The position numbers were made by a program, and so were the translations under genes. The notes below the pieces were generated by a model. That model saw only the letters and a program-made list of their open reading frames with translations. It did not search any database and was not told the origin of the DNA. A stretch of 46,689 bases of DNA from a virus: positions 1 to 46,689 of the IMG/VR virus record IMGVR_UViG_3300045988_030912. One strand, 5' to 3'. This document shows, piece after piece, positions 22,022 to 31,701 of the stretch. Every line of letters starts with the position of its first letter. The stretch's first letter is position 1.

Positions 22022-23410
22022 CAGATCACCTCCGTCACGACCTTGTGGCTGACCTTCAGGCTGCCGCTGAACTTGGCGACCTGCGTGTCCGCGACTGAGG
22101 TGTGCGCAGGCTGCACCACGTCCACGCGGATCGCGCCGGTGAGGTTTTCAGCCCATGCCGGGGCGAGGATCAGCTTGCGGAGCTGGTCAGGGTTGATGTC
22201 CCGGCCGAGCGCCGTGGTCTGCCACTCGTTGTAGCGGTGGATGGCGCCATCAGTGCCTTCCACGTTGGCGATCACTTCGGCCTCCGTCTCGGGCGTGGTG
22301 TAGTAGACCAGCTCGACGTCGTAGGTCAGAGTCTCGGGTGCCGCCGCGCTGACCTTGTCGGTGAGCGGTCGGATGTCCTTTGCGCTGCATACCTCCACGA
22401 CCTTCTCGAGCATGGCCTCGTCGGGGATCCCGCCGCCCTCCAGAAGGGGGACGAGCTTGACGCAGCCCTCGAGGGTGCGGGCGATGCTGATGATGATCTC
22501 GTCGGCGTCGGCCAGCGCCCCGCCGACTGAGATGGTCAGCAGGTCGTCGGCGTAGCGGGCCGAGTAGTCGGAGCCCTTGACCGCCGGCGTGCCGTCGGCC
22601 GCCTTGACCATCAGGGTCGCCGGCAGCAGCGTGGCGCCGCCTTGGAAGGCGTGCCCGCCATAGACCGGCAGGGTGCGGGTGATGGTCTCGGTCTCGCTGA
22701 TGGCCTTGACGTCGGCGATGGAGCTGTCGGCCGTCATGGCCCAGTAGATATAGGCCAGCTCAGGGCCGGCCGTGGATCTCTTTGCCGGGGCCAGTCGGAT
22801 GCGCTCGCGGTAGCGGTCGTCGCCTTCCTTGGTGTAGGGCTCGCCGTCGTCGCCCCCGGTCGTCTCGGTCAGGTTGGTGACGTTCTCGATGTAGGGGATC
22901 AGGTCGACGAGGGTGGTGATGCTGCCGGCCGCGTAGCCGTTGTACTTGTTGCCGTAGCTGACGGCTGACGCCTCCACCTCGACGGAGTAGGTGCCGGCTT
23001 GCAGCACGGCGATCTCGTCGGTGGCGAAGTAGTTGGTGCCGTCCGGCGTCACCTTCGTCCACCTCGGGATGATGATGTTGGTGGCCCTCGGGGCACTCAC
23101 GGAGAAGCGCATGGTCGTGGCGGCCTTGTTGCCCTCCAGACGCGGAGTGTCGAGGCGCTCGCCGATGGCGTCCAGCACCTCGCCCCGGGCATAGCGGAGA
23201 AGGGTCTGCCGGCCGACGTCGTCGAGCGTGTTGTAGAGTGCCACGAAAACGGCCACGAGGGCCTCGCCGTAGATCCTGCGCTCGTCGCCCGGGTAGAGGG
23301 GCTCGCCTGCGCCCTTCTCCAGCTCGGAGATCAGGGTGTTGTAGATGGTGGCGGCGTCGATCGTGGTGAGGTGGATATCCTCGCCGTAGATGTTGGTCTC
23401 GTCGCTCATG
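22021..23410 (-). CDS. Baseplate J-like protein
   Basis: 463 aa. ATG at 23410 with AAGGAGG 7 nt upstream. Its position between the W-like and I-like genes matches P2. Confidence 0.8.
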
Positions 23411-23423
23411 GTTTCCACCTCCT

Positions 23424-23696
23424 TCATGTGATGTTGTCAATGCTGGCCGCGATCTGGTAGCCGCCGGTCTTGGCGGCCAGCGCAGCCAGCTCGGCGCTGC
23501 TGAGCTTCACGCGGGGCTCGTAGGTTTCCACGACGAACTCCACGTCGCCGACCAGCTCGGGGCCGGCCAGCTCGCTCGGCTTGTCGATCAGAGTGCGGTC
23601 GATCCCCTTGATACGCTCATAGGGCACCTCGCCGCGGATGGTTTTGAGAAGGTTTTGCACGCAGGTCTGTGGCGTGCCGTTGCCGGTCGCTTTCAT
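23424..23696 (-). CDS. Baseplate wedge protein W / gp25-like
   Basis: 90 aa. NLLKTIRGEVPYERIKGIDRTLIDKP... resembles the GPW_gp25 pattern. Confidence 0.7.
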   Translation of the reverse strand: MKATGNGTPQTCVQNLLKTIRGEVPYERIKGIDRTLIDKPSELAGPELVGDVEFVVETYEPRVKLSSAELAALAAKTGGYQIAASIDNIT

Positions 23697-23709
23697 GGGA
23701 TCACCTCGC

Positions 23710-24258
23710 TCAGTTGACCGTCAGTTGGGTGTTGTTTGGTTTGTGGGCTGCCTTGTCGTTGCTGGATGCGCCGACGTCGATGGCGCTGAGCCTCGGGCCG
23801 GTGCCGGTGGAGACTCCGGCGGCGCTGCTGCCGGATCCGCTGGCGCTGGCCTTCTTGCCGCTGGCCTCCTCGGCGTATTCCGTGAGGGTGATGGCGATCT
23901 TCCCCTTCAGGATCCTGCCGAAGTCGTCCAGCGTGGTGTCGCTGAGCTTCACGGCCGTGAGCTGAAGGTTGGCCGGGCCGAAGCGCCGGCCGGCGAGGAA
24001 GAAGGGGGCATACTCCCCGACGAGGGCAGTCCATGACTCGTACTCTGCGCGGACGTCGCAGCCGGCGACGATCGCGAGGTCGAAGTCGAAGTTGAAAGTC
24101 TGAAGTTTCAGGGCCTTGGTCTTTGTGGAGGGAGATCCGGCCTTGTCGTCGCTGTTCTCGGTGTCGAGCTCGACGCCGGCCGAGACGCCGTTGAGCGCCG
24201 CGACCATCCGGCTGGAGACTCCCCACGACTTGCCGCCCCATGATGCCATTACGGCCAT
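23710..24258 (-). CDS. Hypothetical baseplate-module protein
   Basis: 182-aa ORF with an AAGGAGG RBS, lying between the V-like and W-like genes. Confidence 0.6.
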   Translation of the reverse strand: MAVMASWGGKSWGVSSRMVAALNGVSAGVELDTENSDDKAGSPSTKTKALKLQTFNFDFDLAIVAGCDVRAEYESWTALVGEYAPFFLAGRRFGPANLQLTAVKLSDTTLDDFGRILKGKIAITLTEYAEEASGKKASASGSGSSAAGVSTGTGPRLSAIDVGASSNDKAAHKPNNTQLTVN

Positions 24259-24273
24259 ACAGGTCTCGCCTCC

Positions 24274-24681
24274 TTAGTGCGGGCCGCTGGTTTCTCCGTG
24301 GACGCCGGTGTGGGTGTGTGTATTCAGGGTGACGCTGCCGGTCTTGACGTCGCCGGCGGGAGTGCTGACGTCGCCCTCTGTCACGGCGACGCTGCCCTTG
24401 ATGACGGTGACGTCGCCCGGGACGGTGCCGTCCCACTCCCCGTCCATGCGGGCGAGGATGATGCCGGTGCCGTCCTCAAACATGGCATAGGCGACCTCGA
24501 CGTCGGGTGTGAGGTTTCCCATCTTGCCACGCAGCCACCACGGGATCACGAGGGGGCGCGTGACCATGCCGTCGGCCGTGCTCGGGAGCACCCGGGCCGT
24601 GGTCTTGTCGCCGTTGCGGTCGGTCTTTCCTTCCACGGAGGAGATCGTGCCCTTCTGGATCATTTGGTTGTTGCTGTTCAT
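24274..24681 (-). CDS. Baseplate assembly protein V / spike (gpV-like)
   Basis: Start at 24681 (MNSNNQMIQKGTISSVEG...ARVLP...) overlaps the upstream stop (TGATG). OB-fold-like N-terminus and a C-terminal beta-helix-like tip. Confidence 0.7.
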   Translation of the reverse strand: MNSNNQMIQKGTISSVEGKTDRNGDKTTARVLPSTADGMVTRPLVIPWWLRGKMGNLTPDVEVAYAMFEDGTGIILARMDGEWDGTVPGDVTVIKGSVAVTEGDVSTPAGDVKTGSVTLNTHTHTGVHGETSGPH

Positions 24682-25601
24682 CAGTAGCCCTCCAGTGGTT
24701 TGCGGAGGTACAGCTTGCTCCGCGTCTTGACGTAGTCGTGCCGGATCCGGCTGATGAAGGCCGGGCCGTCCCACGACTTCACGCCCTCGGTCGCCAGAGT
24801 GACGACGGAGCCCGCTGCATAATTGCGCAGCAGCGCACCCGTCCAGAGGGTGCCGACCGTCGCGCCTTTGTTGGCGTCCCGGAGGAGCCCCTTGGCGAAG
24901 CGGTCGGCCTCTGACTGGTCGCTCATGCGCAGCGGGAGGATCTTGCGGAGCAGCTTGTCGCCGCCGGCCGGCGCCGCGAAGGTGCCGGTCAGCCCTCCGT
25001 TGACCGCCTCGGCCGATCCGTAGGCGTTGGCACCTTCGTCCCGGTACTCGAAGTTGCTGGCGGGCGTGATGGTGATGGTGTCAGCCGGCGCCTGACCTTC
25101 CATGTGGGCCTCGTCGTAGATCACCAGCTTGCCGTCATATACCAAAAACGCCGCGCCCTCGAGGGTGCAGCGGTTTTGGAAGAAGGCGAAGTCGGGGAGG
25201 TTGTTCTGCTCGACGTAGTCATAGGTCTGGTCGGTGACGCCGTAGGTCTCGAGGGTGAGGCCGTGCCGGCCGGCGATCTCCTGCGCCAGTTGCAGGAACT
25301 TGACCTTCTCCCACGCCTTGCTCCGCTTTTCCTTCACGGATTGCGGCATGGAATAGGCCCGCAGGGTGACGATGCCGGACTCGGGCACGACGCTCTCCAC
25401 GAACATTTTGCCGGTCTTGGCGGCCCCGTCCTCGACCGCTATGGTGTCGCCCTTCTTCGGGCTCCAGACGTCCCATAGCTGCCGGGTGTCGTTGAGCTTG
25501 AGAAGGAGCTCGTCGCTCTGCTTCTCGGCGTACATATCGTGGAAGCAGCGGTGGACGCTGATCTCCGGGTAGATGTCGACGCCTTCATATAGGATTTTCA
25601 C
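24681..25601 (-). CDS. Late control gene D-like baseplate hub protein (alternative GTG start at 25619)
   Basis: VKILYEGVDIYPEISVHRCFHDMYAEKQSDELLLKL...FLQLAQEIAGRHGL resembles the gpD pattern. GGAGGAGG lies 8 nt upstream of GTG 25601. Confidence 0.75.
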   Translation of the reverse strand: MKILYEGVDIYPEISVHRCFHDMYAEKQSDELLLKLNDTRQLWDVWSPKKGDTIAVEDGAAKTGKMFVESVVPESGIVTLRAYSMPQSVKEKRSKAWEKVKFLQLAQEIAGRHGLTLETYGVTDQTYDYVEQNNLPDFAFFQNRCTLEGAAFLVYDGKLVIYDEAHMEGQAPADTITITPASNFEYRDEGANAYGSAEAVNGGLTGTFAAPAGGDKLLRKILPLRMSDQSEADRFAKGLLRDANKGATVGTLWTGALLRNYAAGSVVTLATEGVKSWDGPAFISRIRHDYVKTRSKLYLRKPLEGY

Positions 25602-25606
25602 GGGGC

Positions 25607-25831
25607 TCACCTCCTCCACGGGGGCAGCGTGTCGGATGTGGTGACAGACTCCACGATCGGGATCTGCACCAGCTCGCCGCCCTCAAAAATAAGGACGTCG
25701 CAGAGGGTGGGGTTGGCTTGGATGATGGTGGTCGCCATCCGCTCCTCGTTGTAGGCGGCCAGCGCGATGCTGTCAAAAGTGTCGCCGCCTTGCGCGGTGT
25801 ACTCAATATAGCCGACTGTCCGCTGTGACAT
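25607..25831 (-). CDS. Tail protein X (LysM-like, P2 gpX-like)
   Basis: YTAQGGDTFDSIALAAYNEERMATTIIQANP is a LysM-like motif. Confidence 0.75.
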   Translation of the reverse strand: MSQRTVGYIEYTAQGGDTFDSIALAAYNEERMATTIIQANPTLCDVLIFEGGELVQIPIVESVTTSDTLPPWRR

Positions 25832-28046
25832 AGGTGCCGCCCTCCCTTCTGCTGAGCGCTTCGAGGACGAAGTCGACGAACTCCGGCTCCAGCTCGCGCA
25901 GCTTGCGGATCAGGGCGTCCTCGTCGGTGTCGCCCTCGATCTTGATCTGCGGGGAGAAGGAGAGGCCGCTGAGGTCATAGACCACAGACGTGCCGGAGCC
26001 GCCACTGAGCAGCTCGTAGTCGCTCTCTGTTGATGCGCCGAGCATCTGCCCGGCCCTCGCCCAGTAGGCGAGGTTTTCGCTGCGGTACGCAGGGTTGAAG
26101 CTGATGACCGCCTCCATCGGGTAGCGAGGATCCTCGCCGGCGAGGGAGGGGCCGCTGGTGAAGCCGCCGGTCGCGTAGCCCGAAGGGGCTGAGCCGCCGC
26201 CGGTGAACAGGCCGACGATCCACCCGAGGCCGTCCGCGACCCATCCGACCACCTTGGAAATGAAGCCCACGATCGTGCCGAGCACGTTGGCGATGGGCTG
26301 GAGGACGCTCAGGATCGGCGTCAGGACGGGCAGGATCGCATTGAGCAGCGAGAGGATCGGAGGCAGCAGCGCCTCGACCAGTTGGATGATCGGGGGCATG
26401 AGAGGCATGACCACGTCGTTGACGAGCTGGAGCGCCATGTCGAGGATCGGCATGATGATCGGGATCAGCGTCTGGAGCAGGGTCATGATGGGGGGTAGCA
26501 GGGCCTCCATGATCTGCGTGAGCATCGGCAGCAGCGGCATAATGACCGCGTTGACCAGTTGCAGGGCCATATCCAGCAGCGGGGTGATGACCGGCAGCAG
26601 ACCGGCGATGAGCTGCGTCAGTACCGGCAGCACGGCCGCTATAATTTGGGTCAGCATCGGCAGGATTGCCGAGAGGATGCTGGCGATCGGCGGTAGGATG
26701 GCCTGCACGATCTGGATCAGAGGCGGGAGGAGCTGCTCGACCAGATCCAGAATAGGCGGGAGCAGTGTGCTCATGAGCTCCGTCAGGATTGGCAGCAGGC
26801 TCGACGCCAGATTTGCGATCAGGGGCAGCACCTTTTTCAGCACGTCGCCCATCCCCTTGAGGAAGTCCTGCACAAACGGCATACAGTCGTCGAGGGTTTG
26901 GGTGATGACCGGCTGGATGGCCTCGAAGGTCTCGGTCAGGATCGGGGCCAGCGCGGTCAGGGCGTTGGCGATTGTGGAGGCCATCGGCAGCAGCGTCACC
27001 TCTGCGGAGCGCTTGATCTGCTCGAGGGCACTGCCGAGGTCGTTGTACTTGACGTCGTTGATGTGCTGGAGCGCGTCGGCGCCGTCATAGGCAGCCGTCT
27101 CGATGTCGGCCAGCACGGGCAGGACGCCCGCCTCCAGATCCTCGAACTGCGAGCCGAACAGGGCGACGCCGATCTGGTTTTTCAGGAGTGGATCTTCCAG
27201 CGCGTTGAGCGCTTCCACGGTGTCAAAAAATGCCGCCTCTGCGGACTCGCCGCCGGCGGCAAAAGCCTCGAACATTCGGTCAGCGTTTAGGCCGAGGCCC
27301 TCGAAGGCTTCCCGGCTGCTGTCGCTGCCATCTTTTGCGCGGATGTTGAACTCCTTCACGGCGTCGCCGATCTTGTCGATGCTGAACAGGCCAGCGTCGG
27401 CGCCTTCGATCAGGGAGCCCATGAACTGATCCGCGCTCAGGCCGAGGGCTGCGTATTGGGCGCTGTACTCGTTGAGGGTGTCGAGCAGGTCGCCGTTTTT
27501 GTCTGCGCCGTTTTGGGCGCCGGTTGCGATCAGGCCGTAGGCTTCCTCCGCGGTGAGCCCGAAGTTTTTCATCAGGGCAGCGGCCGCCCGGCTGCTTTCC
27601 CCGATCTCATACTCGAAGGTGTCCCGCAGCACGAAGGCCGAAGCGGTTGCCGCCTCCAGCTCCTCACCCACGAGTCCGCTGTTTTGCTTCACCACGGCCA
27701 GACCGTCGGCCACGTCCTTGAAGTCGTCGCCGAGGCCCTTGGCATAGACGCCCTTGACGGCTTCGCCGAGGGCTTCCAGCTCTGCGCCGGTCGCACCCGT
27801 AGACGCCGAGAGGTCGTTCATCGTGGTGTTCCAGTCGTCCCCGAGATCCGCGAGGTACTTCCCGGCCTCGACGACCGCCTTGCCCGTTGCGATTGCGACG
27901 CCGCCCATCGCGGCGCCGACGGCTGCGGCCTTCCAGTTGACCTTGTCGAGGTGGCCGGCGACGTCGTCCAGCGCCTTCCCGAGCGACGGGTCGATGGTGC
28001 CGGCGAAGCTCACGACGGCCTGAAGCATTTTATTTTTCCCGGCCAT
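25803..28046 (-). CDS. Tail tape measure protein
   Basis: 747 aa. TP901-type core (AKGLGDDFKDVADGLAVVKQNSGL...LIATGAQNGADKNGDLLDTLNEY) and a long LLPxL-periodic helical region. ATG at 28046 with AGGAGG 8 nt upstream. Confidence 0.9.
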   Translation of the reverse strand: MAGKNKMLQAVVSFAGTIDPSLGKALDDVAGHLDKVNWKAAAVGAAMGGVAIATGKAVVEAGKYLADLGDDWNTTMNDLSASTGATGAELEALGEAVKGVYAKGLGDDFKDVADGLAVVKQNSGLVGEELEAATASAFVLRDTFEYEIGESSRAAAALMKNFGLTAEEAYGLIATGAQNGADKNGDLLDTLNEYSAQYAALGLSADQFMGSLIEGADAGLFSIDKIGDAVKEFNIRAKDGSDSSREAFEGLGLNADRMFEAFAAGGESAEAAFFDTVEALNALEDPLLKNQIGVALFGSQFEDLEAGVLPVLADIETAAYDGADALQHINDVKYNDLGSALEQIKRSAEVTLLPMASTIANALTALAPILTETFEAIQPVITQTLDDCMPFVQDFLKGMGDVLKKVLPLIANLASSLLPILTELMSTLLPPILDLVEQLLPPLIQIVQAILPPIASILSAILPMLTQIIAAVLPVLTQLIAGLLPVITPLLDMALQLVNAVIMPLLPMLTQIMEALLPPIMTLLQTLIPIIMPILDMALQLVNDVVMPLMPPIIQLVEALLPPILSLLNAILPVLTPILSVLQPIANVLGTIVGFISKVVGWVADGLGWIVGLFTGGGSAPSGYATGGFTSGPSLAGEDPRYPMEAVISFNPAYRSENLAYWARAGQMLGASTESDYELLSGGSGTSVVYDLSGLSFSPQIKIEGDTDEDALIRKLRELEPEFVDFVLEALSRREGGTYVTADSRLY

Positions 28047-28051
28047 GTGCG

Positions 28052-28575
28052 TCACCTCCTTCGGATCTTCCGGCCTTTATAGGGCGGGACGGGGATCTTC
28101 TTGGCCGCCTTGGCTCGTTCTTCCTTGGCGTCCTCGATGGCCTCCCCGTACTCCGTCAGGAAGTCGGTCAGCCGTTTTCCTTCGAGGTCTCGGCGGGAGG
28201 TGTGGAAGGCTCGGCCGTAGTCCCGGAGGGCTCGTCGGAGCTGTTTTCCTCGGAGGCTGCCGCCGACCTCGAAGTAGTAAAATTTCTCCCGACCCTCATG
28301 AGCGCAGTGACGTCGGGGCCGGAGAGGCGCTCGAGGTCGGTGACGTCGATCTCGCCGTTGACGGCGATGACCGCCATCATGCCGAGGTAGACGTGCAGCG
28401 TGTAGTCCAGCTCGAAGGCGCCGGCGCTGCCGCCTCCCTTCGCCGTGGTGGCCTTCAGCTTGCGGGCCTCAGCCTCGGCGAACATTCCCACGGTGATCGC
28501 GTTGGTGTCGTAGGTCAGCTCCTTGACGGTCTTGTCGTTGATCTTGATGGGGTTGCTGAGTGTCAGCTTTTCCAT
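28052..28575 (-). CDS. Tail assembly chaperone, -1 frameshift fusion product (gpE+E'/GT-like)
   Basis: After the slip at AAATTTT, the -1 frame stays open for 75 codons. It ends at TGA 28052-28054, just upstream of the tape-measure ATG. Confidence 0.65.
28168..28575 (-). CDS. Tail assembly chaperone (gpE/gpG-like), zero-frame product
   Basis: 135-aa ORF between the tube and tape-measure genes. Confidence 0.8.
   Translation of the reverse strand: MEKLTLSNPIKINDKTVKELTYDTNAITVGMFAEAEARKLKATTAKGGGSAGAFELDYTLHVYLGMMAVIAVNGEIDVTDLERLSGPDVTALMRVGRNFTTSRSAAASEENSSDEPSGTTAEPSTPPAETSKENG
28279..28285 (-). promoter_or_regulatory. Candidate -1 programmed ribosomal frameshift heptamer A_AAT_TTT
   Basis: The zero frame reads ggg aga aat ttt act, which fits the X_XXY_YYZ pattern. 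Confidence 0.6.
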
Positions 28576-28636
28576 GTGTGTCGTCTCCTTTCTGAAAATA
28601 GAAGCGCCGCCCCGGTCTGGAGCGGCGCCTCAGTGT

Positions 28637-29149
28637 TTAGAGCAGGCTGCGGATGTTCTTGCAGTAGTCCACGCCGCCGATGCGCATGATCTGGTTGAGC
28701 TGGTCGATCAGCCAGTATTCGGAGCCATCGACGAAAAGCTGGTAGCGGCTCACGGCGAAGGTGAGCTCGTTCTCGCTGGAGCTGCCGGGATCCACGGACA
28801 GGCCGGGGATCGTCTTGGGGGTGGCGCGGAGAAACGCCTTGCAGCCTTCGGTCTTGGTGGAGCCGTCGGAGGTTTTCACGTCCTGCACCCACCTGAACTC
28901 GAGCGTCTGCGCCTCCAGCTTCACGAGGCTGCGCAGGCCGAGGTCGATGCCGATCTTGGTGATCGCGGCTTCCATCGCCTCGATCTGGCCGAGGATCGGC
29001 ATGGTCAGCGTGCCCATCGCCCTGAAGTCCGCGGTCACAGGGGTGACGGCGGGCAGGGTGACGGTCACGTCTTTGGCGACGAGCTTGCCGCCGGTGTAGA
29101 CGGTATTGGCAAGGATCGGGCCCTTGAGGTCAAGCCACTTCTGCGACAT
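28637..29149 (-). CDS. Contractile tail tube protein (P2 FII-like)
   Basis: 170 aa, lying downstream of the sheath gene. ...LEFRWVQDVKTSDGST...YQLFVDGSEYWLID resembles the tube-family pattern. Confidence 0.8.
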   Translation of the reverse strand: MSQKWLDLKGPILANTVYTGGKLVAKDVTVTLPAVTPVTADFRAMGTLTMPILGQIEAMEAAITKIGIDLGLRSLVKLEAQTLEFRWVQDVKTSDGSTKTEGCKAFLRATPKTIPGLSVDPGSSSENELTFAVSRYQLFVDGSEYWLIDQLNQIMRIGGVDYCKNIRSLL

Positions 29150-30696
29150 TATGCGTCACCTCCTTCGTAGTAGACAGAGAAGCCGGCGTCGGTGTATGCG
29201 ACGTAGACGCTGGCGCTCTTGAGGGGCGGGGTCGGCGTGACTGCGATGTCCCACCTGAAGTCGCCGTTCATGATGTCCGTGGTGCTGTTCTCAGACTCGA
29301 GGAACAGGATCACGGGGTCGCCGATCAGGGCGCCCATGCTGACGTAGCCGTCGAGCTTCTCCTGCTCGCGGTTGATGATCCGATCCTTCAGGGCCCGGGT
29401 CATGGGCTCGTCGATCTCGGGGCTCCACTCGCGCTGGAAGCTGTTGGTGATGTGCATGAGCATACGCATGGAGACGTCGAAGATGGCGCGGGGATCCACC
29501 TCGGCGCCGTAGGTGTAGGCGGCCGTGTGGTCGCCCCACAGCACCCACTCGCCGGCCCATGCCACGACGGTGCTGATGCCCTTCTGCGTCAGCTCCTTGC
29601 CGGTCTGCTGGTCGAAGCCGCGGTTGGTGGCGTTGGCTCCGAAATACTGCTTGATGACCGGCACGGCCTTATTGCCGCAGGTCTCCATCGGGACGCTGTT
29701 GTGGCTGAAGTCGGCCCGCATGAGCTCGACCACGGCCAGCGTGCTCAGGTGGTAGACGTTGCCGAGGTTGTCGATCGCCTGCGGCCAGAATACCTTCGAG
29801 CGCTCGCTGTTGAAGGCGTTGGCCTGCTTCCACGCGATCGCCTTCTCGATGGTGTCGACCGCAGCGGCCTCGGCGTCCACCAGAGGCAGGTCGGCGACGA
29901 CGAAGGCGTCCCAGTGGCCGTTGATCTTCTGGCCGGCCGAGATCATGGCGTTGTAGACCGCAGGGCTGTGGCTCCAGCCGGGCGCCGCGATCAGGTTGGC
30001 GACCGCAAACTGCTCAGGGTAGAGCAGCGCGATGGAGCTCAGGCCGCTGTACTCGCCGGCCGCGGTGACGCCGCCGACGATGTCCTCGTCCACGATGGTG
30101 CTGTCGTCGACGTCGTAGTAGGTGCCGGTCACGGTGCCGGTGAGCTTCGCGTCCTCCTTCAGGCTGGTGATGATGACCGTGCCCTTGGTGAAGTTGTAGT
30201 CCACGGCGTAGTCGACGCCCTCGGTGTAGGTGACGGTCTCAGTGGTGGGCTGGCCGTCGTCGCCGGTGACTTCCTCCTCCTTGGTGAGGACGAGGGTGTC
30301 GAGGATGATGGTGGCGCTGGCGAACTCAGCCCGGCCGCCGGTGAAGTTGAGGGACGCGGTCGTCGCGTCGGCCTTGCGGTGCTTCCCGTCGGACGGATCC
30401 AGCACGTTGATGACGTAGATCGGGCCGATGTTGCCGAGGGTGTTGTTGAAGTGCGCGTTCATGACTTCGCAGAGGGTGAAGGTGCCCCAGTCGGCAGCGA
30501 AGCCGAGCTTCTTCTGCGCGTCGATCATGTTGCTCAGCTTTACGGGCTCATTGATGATGCCGGCGTCGCCGAAGCCGCGCACGAGGTTGACGGGCGCGGT
30601 GCCGACGTAGATCGGCGTGGTGCCCGCCTGCACGGCGCTCTGTGCCACGGTCTCGCCGATGTGGCCGTATGCGCCGTAGAGGTACTCGTTTGCCAT
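29149..30696 (-). CDS. Contractile tail sheath protein
   Basis: 515 aa. N-terminal YGAYGHIGETVAQSAV...PIYVGTAP. Its position upstream of the tube gene fits. Confidence 0.85.
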   Translation of the reverse strand: MANEYLYGAYGHIGETVAQSAVQAGTTPIYVGTAPVNLVRGFGDAGIINEPVKLSNMIDAQKKLGFAADWGTFTLCEVMNAHFNNTLGNIGPIYVINVLDPSDGKHRKADATTASLNFTGGRAEFASATIILDTLVLTKEEEVTGDDGQPTTETVTYTEGVDYAVDYNFTKGTVIITSLKEDAKLTGTVTGTYYDVDDSTIVDEDIVGGVTAAGEYSGLSSIALLYPEQFAVANLIAAPGWSHSPAVYNAMISAGQKINGHWDAFVVADLPLVDAEAAAVDTIEKAIAWKQANAFNSERSKVFWPQAIDNLGNVYHLSTLAVVELMRADFSHNSVPMETCGNKAVPVIKQYFGANATNRGFDQQTGKELTQKGISTVVAWAGEWVLWGDHTAAYTYGAEVDPRAIFDVSMRMLMHITNSFQREWSPEIDEPMTRALKDRIINREQEKLDGYVSMGALIGDPVILFLESENSTTDIMNGDFRWDIAVTPTPPLKSASVYVAYTDAGFSVYYEGGDA

Positions 30697-30746
30697 GTGC
30701 TTTTTCCTCCTTTGTCAAAAAATTAGAGCGGCCTCAGCGGTCGCCC

Positions 30747-31364
30747 TTAAAGCAGATGGTTGTAGGTTTTGGGGTTGCGCGTCGTCGCCTCCTCGATGGA
30801 GAGCTCAGCCCACGCAAACCAGTACGGGTAGAAGTCCGGGACGGCGTCCTGCTCAGTGACGGGGCCGAAGGTGATGCCCTGCTCCTTGATGACTCGCAGG
30901 CCGTTCATGTACTCGGCGTTTTCGATCTCTCTGAGGGCCGTGTCCACGAAGCTCCATGCGTCGCGCCAGCCTTCTCCGTTTTTCTCGAAGTAGGCGGTCG
31001 CCTCCTCGTTGTACTGCTGGATGTAGGTGCCGCTGCCATCGCCCCGGGGCTTGAAGATGTCGGGCCCGTGGTAGCCGGGATCCCATGCCGAAAAGCACAG
31101 CCGGATCCTGATGCCTCGGGTGTGTGCGATCATGTCGTCCTCACCTTGAACGATCTGCACGCAGACCGACGGGATCGGTGCGGCGATCTTCGAGGGTGTT
31201 CTGTCCTTCGAGGGGACGAACAGGGAGAAGGCGGCCGGGTTTACCAGCTTGTAGGGGTAGGAGGCGTCGGTGGCGTTGTCGTCGGGGAGCTTCAGCTTCA
31301 CCAGCGGGCAGACGTTCTCCGTCAGCCAGTCCCGGACGAGCTCGATGCTGTTGACTATGGACAT
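30747..31364 (-). CDS. Hypothetical neck / tail-completion protein
   Basis: 205-aa ORF with an AGGAGG RBS, between the head and tail modules. Confidence 0.6.
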   Translation of the reverse strand: MSIVNSIELVRDWLTENVCPLVKLKLPDDNATDASYPYKLVNPAAFSLFVPSKDRTPSKIAAPIPSVCVQIVQGEDDMIAHTRGIRIRLCFSAWDPGYHGPDIFKPRGDGSGTYIQQYNEEATAYFEKNGEGWRDAWSFVDTALREIENAEYMNGLRVIKEQGITFGPVTEQDAVPDFYPYWFAWAELSIEEATTRNPKTYNHLL

Positions 31365-31377
31365 CGGCCGTCACCTC

Positions 31378-31701
31378 CTACATGGTCACAGTCTGGCCGA
31401 GGGCGATGGTGGCGATCCCCATGTCCTCGCTCCAGTCGTTGATGATGTACTCGCGGCCGTCGACGTTGAGCCCTTCACCCGCCGGGCGCCGAGCAGGCAG
31501 ATCCTCGACTGCTGCATAGAGCAGCAGCGAGGACTCTGCGACGCTCAGCTCTTGCCCCCCTTGGCGCTCCTTCAGGGCGTTTTCGTCCACAACCGCCGTG
31601 ATGGTCTGGCCCTCGACCCTGTGCTCCTCACCGAACTCCTCGAGGTTGAGGAAGGTGCTGCGCACGTCGTTGGCGACCATCTCCTTGAAGCTGAAGGCCA
31701 T
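31378..31701 (-). CDS. Hypothetical head-tail connector protein
   Basis: 107-aa ORF. Assigned from its position only. Confidence 0.55.
   Translation of the reverse strand: MAFSFKEMVANDVRSTFLNLEEFGEEHRVEGQTITAVVDENALKERQGGQELSVAESSLLLYAAVEDLPARRPAGEGLNVDGREYIINDWSEDMGIATIALGQTVTM

Noticed and set aside
20291-22234. Very long plus-strand ORFs, e.g. 647 aa at 20291-22234, 606 aa at 16894-18714, 613 aa at 40544-42385, 516 aa at 32116-33666, 501 aa at 33377-34882 and 472 aa at 14798-16216
   Set aside because: These are antisense shadow ORFs, typical of high-GC DNA. They are Ala/Gly/Arg/Val/Asp-rich, lack RBSs, and fully overlap minus-strand genes with recognisable families (baseplate, DGR target, methyltransferase, capsid, protease, collagen fibre).
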